Assembly (NCBI GenBank): GCA_963695345.1
Contig: OY968769.1
Location: forward strand, 512,001-576,000
DNA: 64,000 nt
Direction of reading: 5' to 3'
Source: an uncultured Methanomassiliicoccales archaeon
GTDB taxonomy: Archaea > Thermoplasmatota > Thermoplasmata > Methanomassiliicoccales > UBA472
The notes under the pieces are model-generated. The model did not search any database and was not told the origin of the DNA. It saw only the letters and a program-made list of their open reading frames with translations. Positions 51,946 to 61,817 of the stretch are shown here, piece by piece. Every line of letters starts with the position of its first letter. The first letter of the stretch is position 1. Made by a program: the position numbers and the translations under genes.

Positions 51946-53493
51946 ATGATAGCTAAAGAAAGTTCACTGCAAAAGGGATTGCCTAAGAAGACCGATTCCC
52001 TGTGCCCGGAGTGCAAGAAGATCATTCCGGCCACTCTGTTCGAGTCGGACGGGAAGGTTTTGATGGAAAAGACCTGCCCCGAGCACGGAAAGGTCACTGA
52101 TGTGTATTGGTCCGATGCCGAGATGTACCTCAAGGCCGAGAAGTTCGCCTATGACGGTACCGGAGTGGACAACCCGGCCATCCCGAACGCCAAGGTATGT
52201 CCGTTCGAATGCGGATTGTGTCAGCTGCACACCAGCCATACGGCGCTGGCGATCGTCGACCTCACCAACCGGTGCAATCTGAAATGCCCCATATGCTTCG
52301 CCAACGCCAACCAGGCGGGCTATGTCGTGGAACCCAGTTTTGACGTGATCGTTAAGATGATGGAGAACCTCAGGGCTCAGCGTCCGGTCAAGACCCCGGC
52401 CATCCAGTTCTCCGGCGGGGAGCCCACCATCTACCCCAAGTTCCTGGAGGTGCTGGCGAAGGCGAAGGAGCTCGGTTTCGCGCAGATCCAGGCGGCATCC
52501 AACGGCATCAAGTTCGCCGAGGACCCAGAGTTCTTTAGGAAGGCGGCAGCGGCCGGCCTGAACACCATCTACCTGCAGTTCGACGGCCTGAGGGATGATA
52601 TCTACATCGCTGCCCGGGGCCGGAAGCTGCTGGACATCAAGCTCAAGGTCATAGAGAACTGCCGCAAGCTGGAACACCCGCCGTCGATCGTCCTGGTGCC
52701 GACCATCGTGAAAGGCATCAACGACGACCAGGTGGGTGAGATATTCAAGTTCGCCCTGAAGAACTCGGACGTCATCCGGGGAGTGAACTTCCAGCCGGTG
52801 GCGTTCACCGGACGCATCAGCAAGGAAGAGCGGGAGAAGGGCCGGTATACCCTGCCCGACCTGGTCAAGGACCTGGAGAAGCAGACCGGGATGATATCCC
52901 AGAACGACTGGTACCCGGTACCCTCGGTCGTGCCGATCTCCACCCTGGCGTCGGCATTCCTGGGGGAGGAGAAGGTCACCTTCACCACCCACCCGCACTG
53001 CGGTCTGGCCACGTACCTGTTCGTCAGGGACGGCAAGGTGGTTCCGCTGACCAGGTTCGTGGACGTCGAAGGCCTGTTCAAGGAGCTGTATGAAATCTCC
53101 ATCAAGGCGGAGAAGGCCAAGATCAAGTTCCCGCTCAAGATCAAGACGCTCAACGTGCTGAAACGCCACATGGACGAGAGCAAGATGCCGGAAGGACTGA
53201 CCACCACGAGCTTCCTGAAGCTCCTGCAATCGGTGTTGGGGGACGAGTCGAAGGAGTCCCTGGCCAAGTTCTCATGGGGCATGATGTACGTGGGCGGCAT
53301 GCACTTCCAGGACGGCTACAACTATGATATCGAGAGGGTCAAGCGCTGCTCCATCCATTACGCGACCCCGGACAACCGCATCATACCGTTCTGCGCCTAC
53401 AATGGCGGACCTCTCTACCGCGACGAGGTGGAAAAGAAGTTCGCCGTCCCGATCGAGGAATGGAAGAAGACCAAGGGAAACGAATACGTGTGA
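51946..53493 (+). CDS. tes: Tetraether lipid synthase (radical SAM, GDGT/macrocyclic archaeol synthase)
   Basis: N-terminal CPEC..CPEH, CP..CGLC..H, TNRCNLKCPICFA, HPHCG, MHFQD.YNYD.ERVKRC.IHY...IPFC. Confidence 0.88.
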   Translation: MIAKESSLQKGLPKKTDSLCPECKKIIPATLFESDGKVLMEKTCPEHGKVTDVYWSDAEMYLKAEKFAYDGTGVDNPAIPNAKVCPFECGLCQLHTSHTALAIVDLTNRCNLKCPICFANANQAGYVVEPSFDVIVKMMENLRAQRPVKTPAIQFSGGEPTIYPKFLEVLAKAKELGFAQIQAASNGIKFAEDPEFFRKAAAAGLNTIYLQFDGLRDDIYIAARGRKLLDIKLKVIENCRKLEHPPSIVLVPTIVKGINDDQVGEIFKFALKNSDVIRGVNFQPVAFTGRISKEEREKGRYTLPDLVKDLEKQTGMISQNDWYPVPSVVPISTLASAFLGEEKVTFTTHPHCGLATYLFVRDGKVVPLTRFVDVEGLFKELYEISIKAEKAKIKFPLKIKTLNVLKRHMDESKMPEGLTTTSFLKLLQSVLGDESKESLAKFSWGMMYVGGMHFQDGYNYDIERVKRCSIHYATPDNRIIPFCAYNGGPLYRDEVEKKFAVPIEEWKKTKGNEYV

Positions 53494-53520
53494 ACGTCAG
53501 GAAGACGGAGATCTGATAAT

Positions 53521-53694
53521 ATGAAAGTCAATATCGACAAGTGCATGCATTGCGGCGCCTGCGTGGGCACCTGCCCCCAGAACGCCATATACCTCAACGA
53601 CGTCGTCCTAACGTTCAACGACAAGTGCAACCGCTGCGGGCTCTGCGTCAAGACCTGCCCGGTCGGCGCTCTCCAGTTGGAGGTGAAGGCATGA
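53521..53694 (+). CDS. 2[4Fe-4S] ferredoxin (57 aa, missing from the ORF track)
   Basis: MKVNIDKCMHCGACVGTCP...CNRCGLCVKTCPVGAL; ATGA overlap with the next gene. Confidence 0.92.
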   Translation: MKVNIDKCMHCGACVGTCPQNAIYLNDVVLTFNDKCNRCGLCVKTCPVGALQLEVKA

Positions 53695-54878
53695 AGACCG
53701 ACTATGATGTGATAGTGGTTGGTGGCGGACCGGCCGGCTCTATGACCGCGCTCCACGCGGCCAAGGGGGGCGCCCGTGTCCTCATGATCGAGAAACGCCA
53801 GGAAATTGGCGCATCCCTGAGATGCGCCGAGGGCGTATCCAAGAAGGGCCTGGACGCCGTTGAGATCCCGGTGGACCGGAGATGGGTATCCGCAGAGGTC
53901 GTTGGCGCCAAGATCGTGTCGCCGAACGGGTCTGTTTTCCGCATCGACGAGAGCAGCGCCGGGGATGAGGTGGGCATGGTGCTGGAGAGGCACCTCTTCG
54001 ATAAAGCGCTGGCGAGCAAGGCGGCGCACGCTGGCGTGGAGATCAAGCTCAAGTGCAGCGCGACCGATGTCATCATGGACAAGGGAAAGGTCGTTGGCAT
54101 CAAGGGCATCGACAACGGAGAACCGTTCAAGCTTTCCGCCGGTTGCGTGGTCGCGGCGGACGGATACGAATCACAGGTGGCCAGGTGGGCTGGCATGGAG
54201 ACCAAGCTCAAGGCCGGCGACATCACCACCTGCTTCCAGTACCGCATGACCAACCTGAAGACCGAACCGGATTATTGCGAGTTCATCATCGGATCGGCCG
54301 CTCCGGGCGGCTATGTATGGGTTTTCCCGAAAGGTGACGACACGGCCAACGTCGGAATCGGCATCCTGCTCTCCAAGCTCAAGAAGCCGGGAGAGGTAAA
54401 GGCGTACCTGGACAAGTTCATCAAGAAGGACCCCCGCCTCAGCTGCGGACAGCCGCTAGAGTCGATCGCGGGTGCGGTCTCCGTCTCGGCGCCACTGGAA
54501 AAGACCGTCATGGACGGAATGATGATCGTAGGTGACGCTGCCAGGGTCATTGACCCCATCACCGGCGGCGGCATAGCCAACGGTTGCATGACCGGATTCG
54601 TGGGCGGCAAGGTTCTGGCAAAGTGCGTCGAGGCCAACGATTTCAGCGAGAAGATGCTGCTGGAGTATGACGCCGGGTGGCGCGAGGAGATGGAAGAGCG
54701 CCTATACCGGAACTGGATGGCCAAGGAGAAGTTCCTGACCCTATCGGACCAGACACTGGACAGCGTTATCGACACCCTCTCCACAGCAGGCGTGGACAAG
54801 ATGTCGGTGTTCAATATCCTCAAGGCAATCAAGGATAAGCACCCGGAACTGGTCAAGGAATTCGAGGACCTTATCTAA
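53691..54878 (+). CDS. Digeranylgeranylglycerophospholipid (geranylgeranyl) reductase
   Basis: DVIVVGGGPAGS, RCAEG, AADG, GGYVWVFPKG, VGDAA..IDPITGGGI; true start at ATG 53691. Confidence 0.92.
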   Translation: MKTDYDVIVVGGGPAGSMTALHAAKGGARVLMIEKRQEIGASLRCAEGVSKKGLDAVEIPVDRRWVSAEVVGAKIVSPNGSVFRIDESSAGDEVGMVLERHLFDKALASKAAHAGVEIKLKCSATDVIMDKGKVVGIKGIDNGEPFKLSAGCVVAADGYESQVARWAGMETKLKAGDITTCFQYRMTNLKTEPDYCEFIIGSAAPGGYVWVFPKGDDTANVGIGILLSKLKKPGEVKAYLDKFIKKDPRLSCGQPLESIAGAVSVSAPLEKTVMDGMMIVGDAARVIDPITGGGIANGCMTGFVGGKVLAKCVEANDFSEKMLLEYDAGWREEMEERLYRNWMAKEKFLTLSDQTLDSVIDTLSTAGVDKMSVFNILKAIKDKHPELVKEFEDLI

Positions 54879-54910
54879 AAAACGACCTTCCAAACATCTT
54901 CCCTATTCTT

Positions 54911-55873
54911 TTATTGAATGGTTTTTGAGGATTCCAGCATTACGCCGGGAACCCCGGTCCTGACCTTTATCGGATACCCACCCTTCCTTCTGATCACTTC
55001 GGCTACCTGGTCCGGCCGGTCCGTCAGGGCCACCATGCTCCCGCCGCCCCCGGCCCCGGTCAGCTTGGCCCCATAGGAGAGCGGAAGCGAGGCGTCGATC
55101 AGGTCGTCCAGTGCCGGGCAGGACACCCCTAGGATCGCAAGCAGCTTCTGGTCACGGGTCATCAGCGAACCGAGCTTCACCGGATCGTTGCGCCGAAGGG
55201 CGTCCCTCCCCTCGAGGGTCAGCTGACCGATCTCCTCGATCACCTCCCGGGCAAAACGGCTCTTGTCCGCGAACCGCTTGACCTTGGCCACCAGCGGCCC
55301 GGTCGCCGCGGAGATGCCGGTGAACCCGACCACCAGGCTGAGCTCCGGGACCTCGCAGTGGTGGATATCCCAGTGCCTTGAATCCTTGGCCAGTTCCCAT
55401 ATGAAATCGTCGCCTTTCACCGTGTTGACGAAGATCCCGCTGCCATGCGCACTGGTCGAGGTATCGATCGGACTGGCCCTCCCTTGGACCAATGACTCGA
55501 TCTCGAATGCGTCCCGGGCCACGTTCTTGGCGTCCAGCTTTCCCTGCATCGCCTCAATGGCGCCCAGTGCGGCGACGGATACGGCGGCGGACGATCCCAG
55601 CCCGGACCCGGACGGGAACTCCGAAGTGGTCTCGATGGCCAGCGGCCCTCCCCTCCAGAACCGGGTTGCCGCTGCCCCTACGTAGGCATGGGTCCTCTCG
55701 TTCAATGGATGTCCGTTGAGGGTGAACGCGTCCGAGGGGGTGATGGAGCACTGAAGCCTCTGATCGATGGCCACCGCTATCGCCGGCTGGCCAAAGACCA
55801 CCGCATGTTCGCCCAGGAGGATGACCTTGCCCGGCGCGGACGCCACCACGCTTAACCCCTTGCCCGTTGCCAT
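54911..55873 (-). CDS. mvk: Mevalonate kinase
   Basis: APGKVILLGEHAVVFG, PSGSGLGSSAA, ASPID, AKLTGAGGGG. Confidence 0.93.
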   Translation of the reverse strand: MATGKGLSVVASAPGKVILLGEHAVVFGQPAIAVAIDQRLQCSITPSDAFTLNGHPLNERTHAYVGAAATRFWRGGPLAIETTSEFPSGSGLGSSAAVSVAALGAIEAMQGKLDAKNVARDAFEIESLVQGRASPIDTSTSAHGSGIFVNTVKGDDFIWELAKDSRHWDIHHCEVPELSLVVGFTGISAATGPLVAKVKRFADKSRFAREVIEEIGQLTLEGRDALRRNDPVKLGSLMTRDQKLLAILGVSCPALDDLIDASLPLSYGAKLTGAGGGGSMVALTDRPDQVAEVIRRKGGYPIKVRTGVPGVMLESSKTIQ

Positions 55874-55967
55874 GGACACCTCCGCATTGGCGAATCCAGT
55901 AATAAGCATTGTCCGTCGAAGGCCAGAGTGAAAAAGGGAAGGGATTTCTGGAAAGGTGTTTGTCCGA

Positions 55968-56576
55968 TCAGTCTATGCCGTAGCGCTTTGCCGCCTCTTC
56001 CAAGGTCTCGTTCGGGGTCTTGCCCTTGAGGTCCTTGCGCTTGGCGTTCCACCATTTATCCTCGAAATCCTCCAGCGCGGCCTGCAGCTGCTCATCGTCC
56101 TCGAAGGTGTCTCCCTTCTCCTTCACGAAGTCTTCCTTGAACTTGGCCAGCAGGTCGATGTTGTTCTCCTTGTTGACGACCGTGACCGCCAGGAAATCAT
56201 CGATGTTGTCGGCGACCACCTTGGCATAGTCGGATGGTATGATGTCCATTACCAGGTCGAGGATGGCGTTGCTCAGGGTCAGGAACAGCATCTCGCGCTT
56301 GTTCTCCTCGGGCATGTCCTCCTTGGCAATGACCTCGTTAAGGCTCTCGTACCAGACATCCCTCAGAACGTAGGACCGGGGCCCGTTCTTCTCCGAGGAA
56401 TCATCGCCGCCGCAGCACTCGCAATGCTCACCGTGCTCATGGACCTGCTCCATGACCTCTTCCGCCACGGGCTTCTCTTCCACCTTCTTCACCGGTTTCT
56501 TGGCGGTGGTCTTCTTGGCGGCCGGCTTCTTCGCTGCTGGCTTGGTCTCCTTCTTCTTTGATGATGTTGCTGCCAA
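55968..56576 (-). CDS. Hypothetical protein with a basic KPAAKK N-terminal tail and His/Cys motif
   Basis: TTG start after GGAG; KPAAKKPAAKK, HEHGEHCECC, C-terminal WWN...LKGKTP. Confidence 0.75.
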   Translation of the reverse strand: MAATSSKKKETKPAAKKPAAKKTTAKKPVKKVEEKPVAEEVMEQVHEHGEHCECCGGDDSSEKNGPRSYVLRDVWYESLNEVIAKEDMPEENKREMLFLTLSNAILDLVMDIIPSDYAKVVADNIDDFLAVTVVNKENNIDLLAKFKEDFVKEKGDTFEDDEQLQAALEDFEDKWWNAKRKDLKGKTPNETLEEAAKRYGID

Positions 56577-56720
56577 ATCGTTACTCTCCTGAAACTACAC
56601 CGGGCCGTAGAGCACGCCTCCCGAACGAACGGACAGGACGTCTGGTCTCGGTCATTATCCCGTTGTGCCTTGTTCTATCTGTGTGATTCTGAGGAGGGTT
56701 ATTAAGCTTATTGCATCACA

Positions 56721-57365
56721 TTATTCCAGTGGTTTTCTGAAAACAAAGCTGAGCCGTGATCTAAGCGCGTCCTGGCCCATTATCATCTTCTCGATCCGGA
56801 TCTCCTCGAACCCGATCTCATGCATTCCCGTGAAGAGCTCGCGGACCTCCTCGGCCAGGAAGTAATGGGTCAGCACGCCGGCGCCTCTGATGAAGGAACC
56901 AGGCTCCACCTCTTGCCCCTTTCCATAGCGCATGTCGTCCCGGGAGAACCCCTTGAAACGGACCTGGCCGCCGGGGCGGAGCACCCTGAGCATCTCTCGG
57001 GCTGATGCGACCCTTTCTTGCCGATACAGATGTTCCAGGACGTGGAAGCAAAGGACCACGTCGAAGCACCCTTCCCGGAACGGCAGCATGCCGGCATCGG
57101 CGAGCGCATACTCCTGACCGTCCGAGGAATACCTGGCCCGGCACATATCGAGCGCCACCGATGAAATGTCGATGCCGACCGCTCGGACACCGTTCATTCC
57201 AGACAGGGTCTTGCCGCTGCCGCATCCCACCTCCAGCACGGTCGCTCCAGCGGGAAGGTCTATCGAGTGCCTGGGGGCGCCCTTCCACAGGGCACCTTTG
57301 GTGGAGTACTCCCCATCCCATATCTGACACCTACGCCCCATGCTCAATTCCTCAGGCATCGACAT
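56721..57365 (-). CDS. Class I SAM-dependent methyltransferase
   Basis: VLEVGCGSGK, GIDIS, ADAGMLPF, RVLRPGG. Confidence 0.88.
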   Translation of the reverse strand: MSMPEELSMGRRCQIWDGEYSTKGALWKGAPRHSIDLPAGATVLEVGCGSGKTLSGMNGVRAVGIDISSVALDMCRARYSSDGQEYALADAGMLPFREGCFDVVLCFHVLEHLYRQERVASAREMLRVLRPGGQVRFKGFSRDDMRYGKGQEVEPGSFIRGAGVLTHYFLAEEVRELFTGMHEIGFEEIRIEKMIMGQDALRSRLSFVFRKPLE

Positions 57366-57449
57366 TCTCCCTGTTCGGATGCTCGGTCCGATTGAACCGG
57401 ACAAGGCCGCCAGTAAATATAAGTCGTGTCCCGCCCTCCCTTCCCTCAG

Positions 57450-58376
57450 ATGAATTCCAGGGCGGCAGAGGTTTTGCGTTGCCTGAACCAAGCGGGCATG
57501 CAGGCAAGGATCGTGCCTGCAAAGAGGGCCATCGATATCGGACGTGACATATTGTCGCTCAAGGACGAGGGTCAGCTGGACCAGGAATTGTATGACATCT
57601 ACCTATCGAAGTACAACTACGGACTTCCGGATTCCCTGCCGACGGCAAAGTCCCTTCTCGTCGTCGCAGTTCCTACTTCTGGTCTAACCATTACCTTCAA
57701 TCACCATGGCAAAGAGCACCGATGCCGGGTACCGCCCACCTATGCCAACGCGAAAGAGATCGACCGGAAGGTAAAGTCGATACTGGAGGCGGCACTGCCG
57801 GAGTGCAGGTTCGTCAAAGCCATATTGCCATTCAAGACGCTGGCCACCCGGACGGGGCTGGCGCGTTACGGGAAGAACAACATCACCTATGCGGAAGATC
57901 TTGGCAGTTTTTACAGGCTGACCGGATTCTTTTCCGATGGGGATATGGAAACGGATGATTGGCAACCCCGGGAGGTCATGGCCCAGTGCGCCGATTGTGA
58001 CCTGTGCCTCAAGGCATGCCCCACCGGGGCGATCGGCAAGGACCGCTTCCTGATCAGGGCGGACCGATGTTTGACGTTCCTCAACGAATTGCCCTCGGAA
58101 CGGGCCTTTCCATCCAGGATAAAAGCCTCCGTCCATAACGCCATAGTCGGATGCATGAAGTGCCAGGATGTTTGTCCGATGAACCGCGAACTCCTAGGTT
58201 CATACGTGGACGGGGATGTCTATTCGGAGGAGGAGACCGACTATCTGTTGAAAGGAGACTACCAGAACGACGACGCGGAGGAGATAATGGAGAAACTGGA
58301 CTGTTCCGGTCTGGACCTTGAGATCTTCCCCAGGAACCTGGCTGTCCTGCTTAAGGGCAAGGCCGATAGATCCTGA
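57450..58376 (+). CDS. Epoxyqueuosine reductase-like 2x[4Fe-4S] protein
   Basis: KTLATRTGLARYGKNN, CADCDLCLKACPTGAI, RCLTFLNE, GCMKCQDVCPMN. Confidence 0.8.
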   Translation: MNSRAAEVLRCLNQAGMQARIVPAKRAIDIGRDILSLKDEGQLDQELYDIYLSKYNYGLPDSLPTAKSLLVVAVPTSGLTITFNHHGKEHRCRVPPTYANAKEIDRKVKSILEAALPECRFVKAILPFKTLATRTGLARYGKNNITYAEDLGSFYRLTGFFSDGDMETDDWQPREVMAQCADCDLCLKACPTGAIGKDRFLIRADRCLTFLNELPSERAFPSRIKASVHNAIVGCMKCQDVCPMNRELLGSYVDGDVYSEEETDYLLKGDYQNDDAEEIMEKLDCSGLDLEIFPRNLAVLLKGKADRS

Positions 58377-58537
58377 GTCTGGACCCTAATCTTGCCATGA
58401 ATGGTACCACTCATTCTCGACGACGAACCCGGTCCGGCTGCCGGTCCAAAGAATGATTGAACGATGATCGGATGTCCGATGCTCCGGCCGGGATCGACTA
58501 GCTTCTTAAAAGAAAAAATGAAAAAAACGGAGTAGCC

Positions 58538-58942
58538 TCACTCCGTCGGTTTACCGTCGTATTCCTCTGGTTCCGCCAAAGCATCTGCCTTGGTGTGCCG
58601 GACGACCTTGTCTATGTGCTCCGGGGGCGAGTATATGGTGTAGAGCTTGAGTTCGTCCTTCTTCGATGTGTTGACGACATTGTGCCAGGCGCCGGAAGGA
58701 ACGATGACCGCCATTCCATCATGGACCTTGTGCTCCACATCGTCGATCACTACCACACCCTCTCCCGCTTCGAACCGGAAGAACTGGTCAACGGTGTCGT
58801 GAACCTCCATTCCAATCTCCTCTCCTGGTTTCAGGTTCATCAGGACCAGTTGACTGAACTTACCAGTGTATAGCACCCGACGGAAATCGCTGTTCTTCAG
58901 CGTATCTTTCTCTATATTTCCAGCAAAACCTTTTTTCACCAT
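58538..58942 (-). CDS. Cupin domain protein
   Basis: FRRVLYTG, EEIGMEVH..DQFF, VPSGAWHN, YSPPEH. Confidence 0.9.
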   Translation of the reverse strand: MVKKGFAGNIEKDTLKNSDFRRVLYTGKFSQLVLMNLKPGEEIGMEVHDTVDQFFRFEAGEGVVVIDDVEHKVHDGMAVIVPSGAWHNVVNTSKKDELKLYTIYSPPEHIDKVVRHTKADALAEPEEYDGKPTE

Positions 58943-59069
58943 TTCAGATCACCCGTGATACTGTCCAGGGACAGTCTCCCTCAGCATCTATGACGGTCCG
59001 GTCGATATTTGTAGATAATGCATCAACGTAAATGTCGACCATTGCTTGATAATGCCTTTCAGCCTTGTC

Positions 59070-59735
59070 TTACAGCTTCTTCATGCAAGGGCCGGGACCG
59101 TTCAGCAGCGACCGGCCGTACAGGTCGATCGAGATATCGACCAGGTTCTTTTCTTCGAGCCCGACCGCCTTGACGAACTCCTGGTTCGAAAGGACGGTCT
59201 TCAGCAACCCCTGCAACGAAAATGATATTATGAGAGCCGCAGCCACCGGGTCAACGTCCGGCCGGATCGATCCGTCCTTCATCCCCGATTCGATCGCCAT
59301 GACCATTATCCTGCCGATCTCCTCGTTCAGCGATTGGCACCTGCCTTCGCTGGCAAGTGTTTTGCCTGGTTTTGGGGAGTTCGTGTCGTAGATAATGTTC
59401 GAGTATTCCGGATACCTCTTGGTGAATTCGTAGAACGAATAGCCGATGGCCCGGAACTTTTCCAGCCCGACCTCCTCCCGGTCGGCCGCCTGGCGGAACA
59501 TGTCCCGCATAGTCCCCAGCGCCTTTTCGACGATGTTGAAGTAGATGTCATCCTTGGTCTGGTAATGAAGGTAGACGGCCCCCTTGGACACGTCCGCCTT
59601 GGCGGCGATCTCATCGATGGTGGTGTTGGCGAAGCCTTTCGCAAGGAAGAGCTGTTCTGCGACCTTCAGTATCCGGTCCTCCCGTTCAGCCCTTTTCCTG
59701 ACCTTTCTATCGCTCGCCGGCTTCGCCTTCGCCAT
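59070..59735 (-). CDS. TetR/AcrR family regulator
   Basis: ILKVAEQLF..KGF..TTIDEIA..ADVSKGAVYLHYQTK. Confidence 0.92.
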   Translation of the reverse strand: MAKAKPASDRKVRKRAEREDRILKVAEQLFLAKGFANTTIDEIAAKADVSKGAVYLHYQTKDDIYFNIVEKALGTMRDMFRQAADREEVGLEKFRAIGYSFYEFTKRYPEYSNIIYDTNSPKPGKTLASEGRCQSLNEEIGRIMVMAIESGMKDGSIRPDVDPVAAALIISFSLQGLLKTVLSNQEFVKAVGLEEKNLVDISIDLYGRSLLNGPGPCMKKL

Positions 59736-59762
59736 TTCTTCAACCCACCGCTGGAACAACCT

Positions 59763-60422
59763 TTAGTAATCCGGCTTGGCCAACGGATCTGTCCCGTTCC
59801 GCCTTGCCTCCTTTTTCCATCTCCGGTTGACCATCCAGTTATACAGCCATGGAGGGGCGGTTCCCTTATTTGTCAATTCCCTTGCCTCGGGGGGGACATC
59901 CTTCCCTTGGTCTAGGGCTCCAGCCGTCATGTCCAACGCCAAGCGGAGGTTGCGTAGTATTCCTCCCCCTTCGTTAAGGTCCTGGCCTCCGATAGCGCCG
60001 CCTCCGCCCACCGCCAATCCGCCTGCCCACTGGCAGCCAATATCGCGGGCAAAGATCGAACAGATCCTGAGTGCGTATTCGTTGTGCCTGGATTCGGGAA
60101 AACCTGATTGGCATATCGCCATTAGCCTCCGTCCTTTTCCCCCGCCGATCCCGCGCCCGTTCGCCAGTTCCATGAATCGGATGGTCTGGGAGGGCAGTGA
60201 ATCGATATATAATGGGAAGGAGAGGACAATCAGGTCGGCATTCTCCATCTTGCCGAACGCCTCATTCATCAGGTTTTCGCCTTTCATGACCTGGTAGATG
60301 CATTCCTTGTCGGTCGTCCACCCTGCCCCGGAGAGCCGGTCGAGCAGATACTGGCCTACCTTGTCCGAGTTGGACCTCGAGTTCCCCGGACTGCCAACAA
60401 GAAGCAGCGCCCTTCCGCTCAT
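59763..60422 (-). CDS. Flavodoxin-like NAD(P)H-dependent oxidoreductase
   Basis: LVGSP..SNS, FPLYIDSLP, QSGFPE. Confidence 0.8.
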   Translation of the reverse strand: MSGRALLLVGSPGNSRSNSDKVGQYLLDRLSGAGWTTDKECIYQVMKGENLMNEAFGKMENADLIVLSFPLYIDSLPSQTIRFMELANGRGIGGGKGRRLMAICQSGFPESRHNEYALRICSIFARDIGCQWAGGLAVGGGGAIGGQDLNEGGGILRNLRLALDMTAGALDQGKDVPPEARELTNKGTAPPWLYNWMVNRRWKKEARRNGTDPLAKPDY

Positions 60423-61021
60423 GCCATCACCTGCTTTAACGCGGCGGTCATCTGGACCTTGATCTCCGTTTCGTTCGACCCTTTATGCAGTACCACGCTT
60501 GACGTGTTTTCTGAATGCATGTTCAAGGAGTTCCTTATCACCAGGTCTCGGAATAGGCCCTCCTTTTCCTCATCCCTCAACGGCAGGGTGCCTATGCCGA
60601 GGAGGTTCCATCCGTTCCCGCTGCGTTGTGGGTGATGCGTCTCCCCATTGTATTTGCGGAAAAAGGGCAACAACACCGGGATGAACCGGTCCAGGCCCTT
60701 CTTGAGCTCTGAAGAGTAACCGCCGAAGGATATCGGGGTGATGAGAACGATCAGATCGGACCTGGCTATATCCGCGCATATCTTACGTTGTTCGTCGTCG
60801 TACACGCATTCCCCCGGAGTTTTGGTCCAGCAGGTGAAGCATCCGATACAGGGGGCGATCTCGATGTCCCTGAGCGTCCAATGGGTGAAATTGACACCCT
60901 TCCGCTTGAGTTCCGAATGCAACGTTTCACCTGCGATACCAGCCTCGAGGTCATCGTTCCTCGAGCCATCGAGGATTATGACCTTGGAAGTTTTTCCGTT
61001 GTAACCTTCCGTGTTCTTCAT
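60419..61021 (-). CDS. Iron-sulfur flavodoxin family protein
   Basis: ILDGS, PCIGCFTCWTKTPGECVYDD, TPISFGGYSSELK; start MKNT with a GGTGAT SD. Confidence 0.82.
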   Translation of the reverse strand: MKNTEGYNGKTSKVIILDGSRNDDLEAGIAGETLHSELKRKGVNFTHWTLRDIEIAPCIGCFTCWTKTPGECVYDDEQRKICADIARSDLIVLITPISFGGYSSELKKGLDRFIPVLLPFFRKYNGETHHPQRSGNGWNLLGIGTLPLRDEEKEGLFRDLVIRNSLNMHSENTSSVVLHKGSNETEIKVQMTAALKQVMA

Positions 61022-61031
61022 TCTATCACCA

Positions 61032-61078
61032 TGACCTTTAGTCAATTATGACTTATGGTCATTAATGACTATAAGTCA
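61032..61078. promoter_or_regulatory. Triple TGAC-N5-GTCA operator, 17-bp period
   Basis: TGACCTTTAGTCA (61032), TGACTTATGGTCA (61049) and TGACTATAAGTCA (61066) upstream of the flavodoxin-TetR operon. Confidence 0.8.
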
Positions 61079-61297
61079 TATTTAGTATTTCGGATGGCGG
61101 GGCTTTGCTGCGATGATCCCCTCTTCGCAACAATCCCCCATTATGGAGGTTATTCGTCGTTGGGGCCATGGATAGTGTAGTGCTGCCAGTAATCCTGTGA
61201 AGTTCGAAAAACCACAATCCTGACTTTTATCTGGCATGTGGTACGTTAAATCATCAACCAGGTATCCTTGAGGATTGCCGCGATCGAACAAATCGGA

Positions 61298-61738
61298 TCA
61301 TAGTCCGGGATAGCAGATGAGATGGTCCATCACGTAAGAGATCTCCATCTTCTCGAACCCGAGCGGCTGTATCTTCTTGTCCAGCACGGCAAGCAGCTCT
61401 TTGTCATCGGATGCTTTGATGCGGAACATGATGCGCCTGTCACCGGTGACATGAAGGATCTCCGATACGTTCTGGAGTTCCAGCAGGCCGGTCAGCGCCG
61501 ATGATTCTTTCCTTGGATCGATCTCGGCGGAAACGTAGGCGTCCGCTAGTATTCCCACCCGTCTCTCATCCACGATCGCCGAGTATCCAAGGATCGTCCG
61601 GTCCTCCTCCATCCCCTTGATACGGTCGCGGATAGTTGAAGGGGAACGCTGGAGCATCCGACCGATCTCCTCATTGGTCAGCTTTCCGTTCTTCTGCAAA
61701 AGCTGTAGGATGAGCCGGTCCAACTCGTCCTGCTTCAT
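61298..61738 (-). CDS. Lrp/AsnC family regulator
   Basis: DELDRLILQLLQKNGK..EIG...SPSTIRDRIK.ME..ILGYSAIVD, HVTGD. Confidence 0.9.
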   Translation of the reverse strand: MKQDELDRLILQLLQKNGKLTNEEIGRMLQRSPSTIRDRIKGMEEDRTILGYSAIVDERRVGILADAYVSAEIDPRKESSALTGLLELQNVSEILHVTGDRRIMFRIKASDDKELLAVLDKKIQPLGFEKMEISYVMDHLICYPGL

Positions 61739-61817
61739 CGGGGGATGATTGTGGTCCCGCTTTAGAAATACTTTTCCGTGGTCGTTCGATAACTGGCTTG
61801 CCATTCAGCACAAATAG

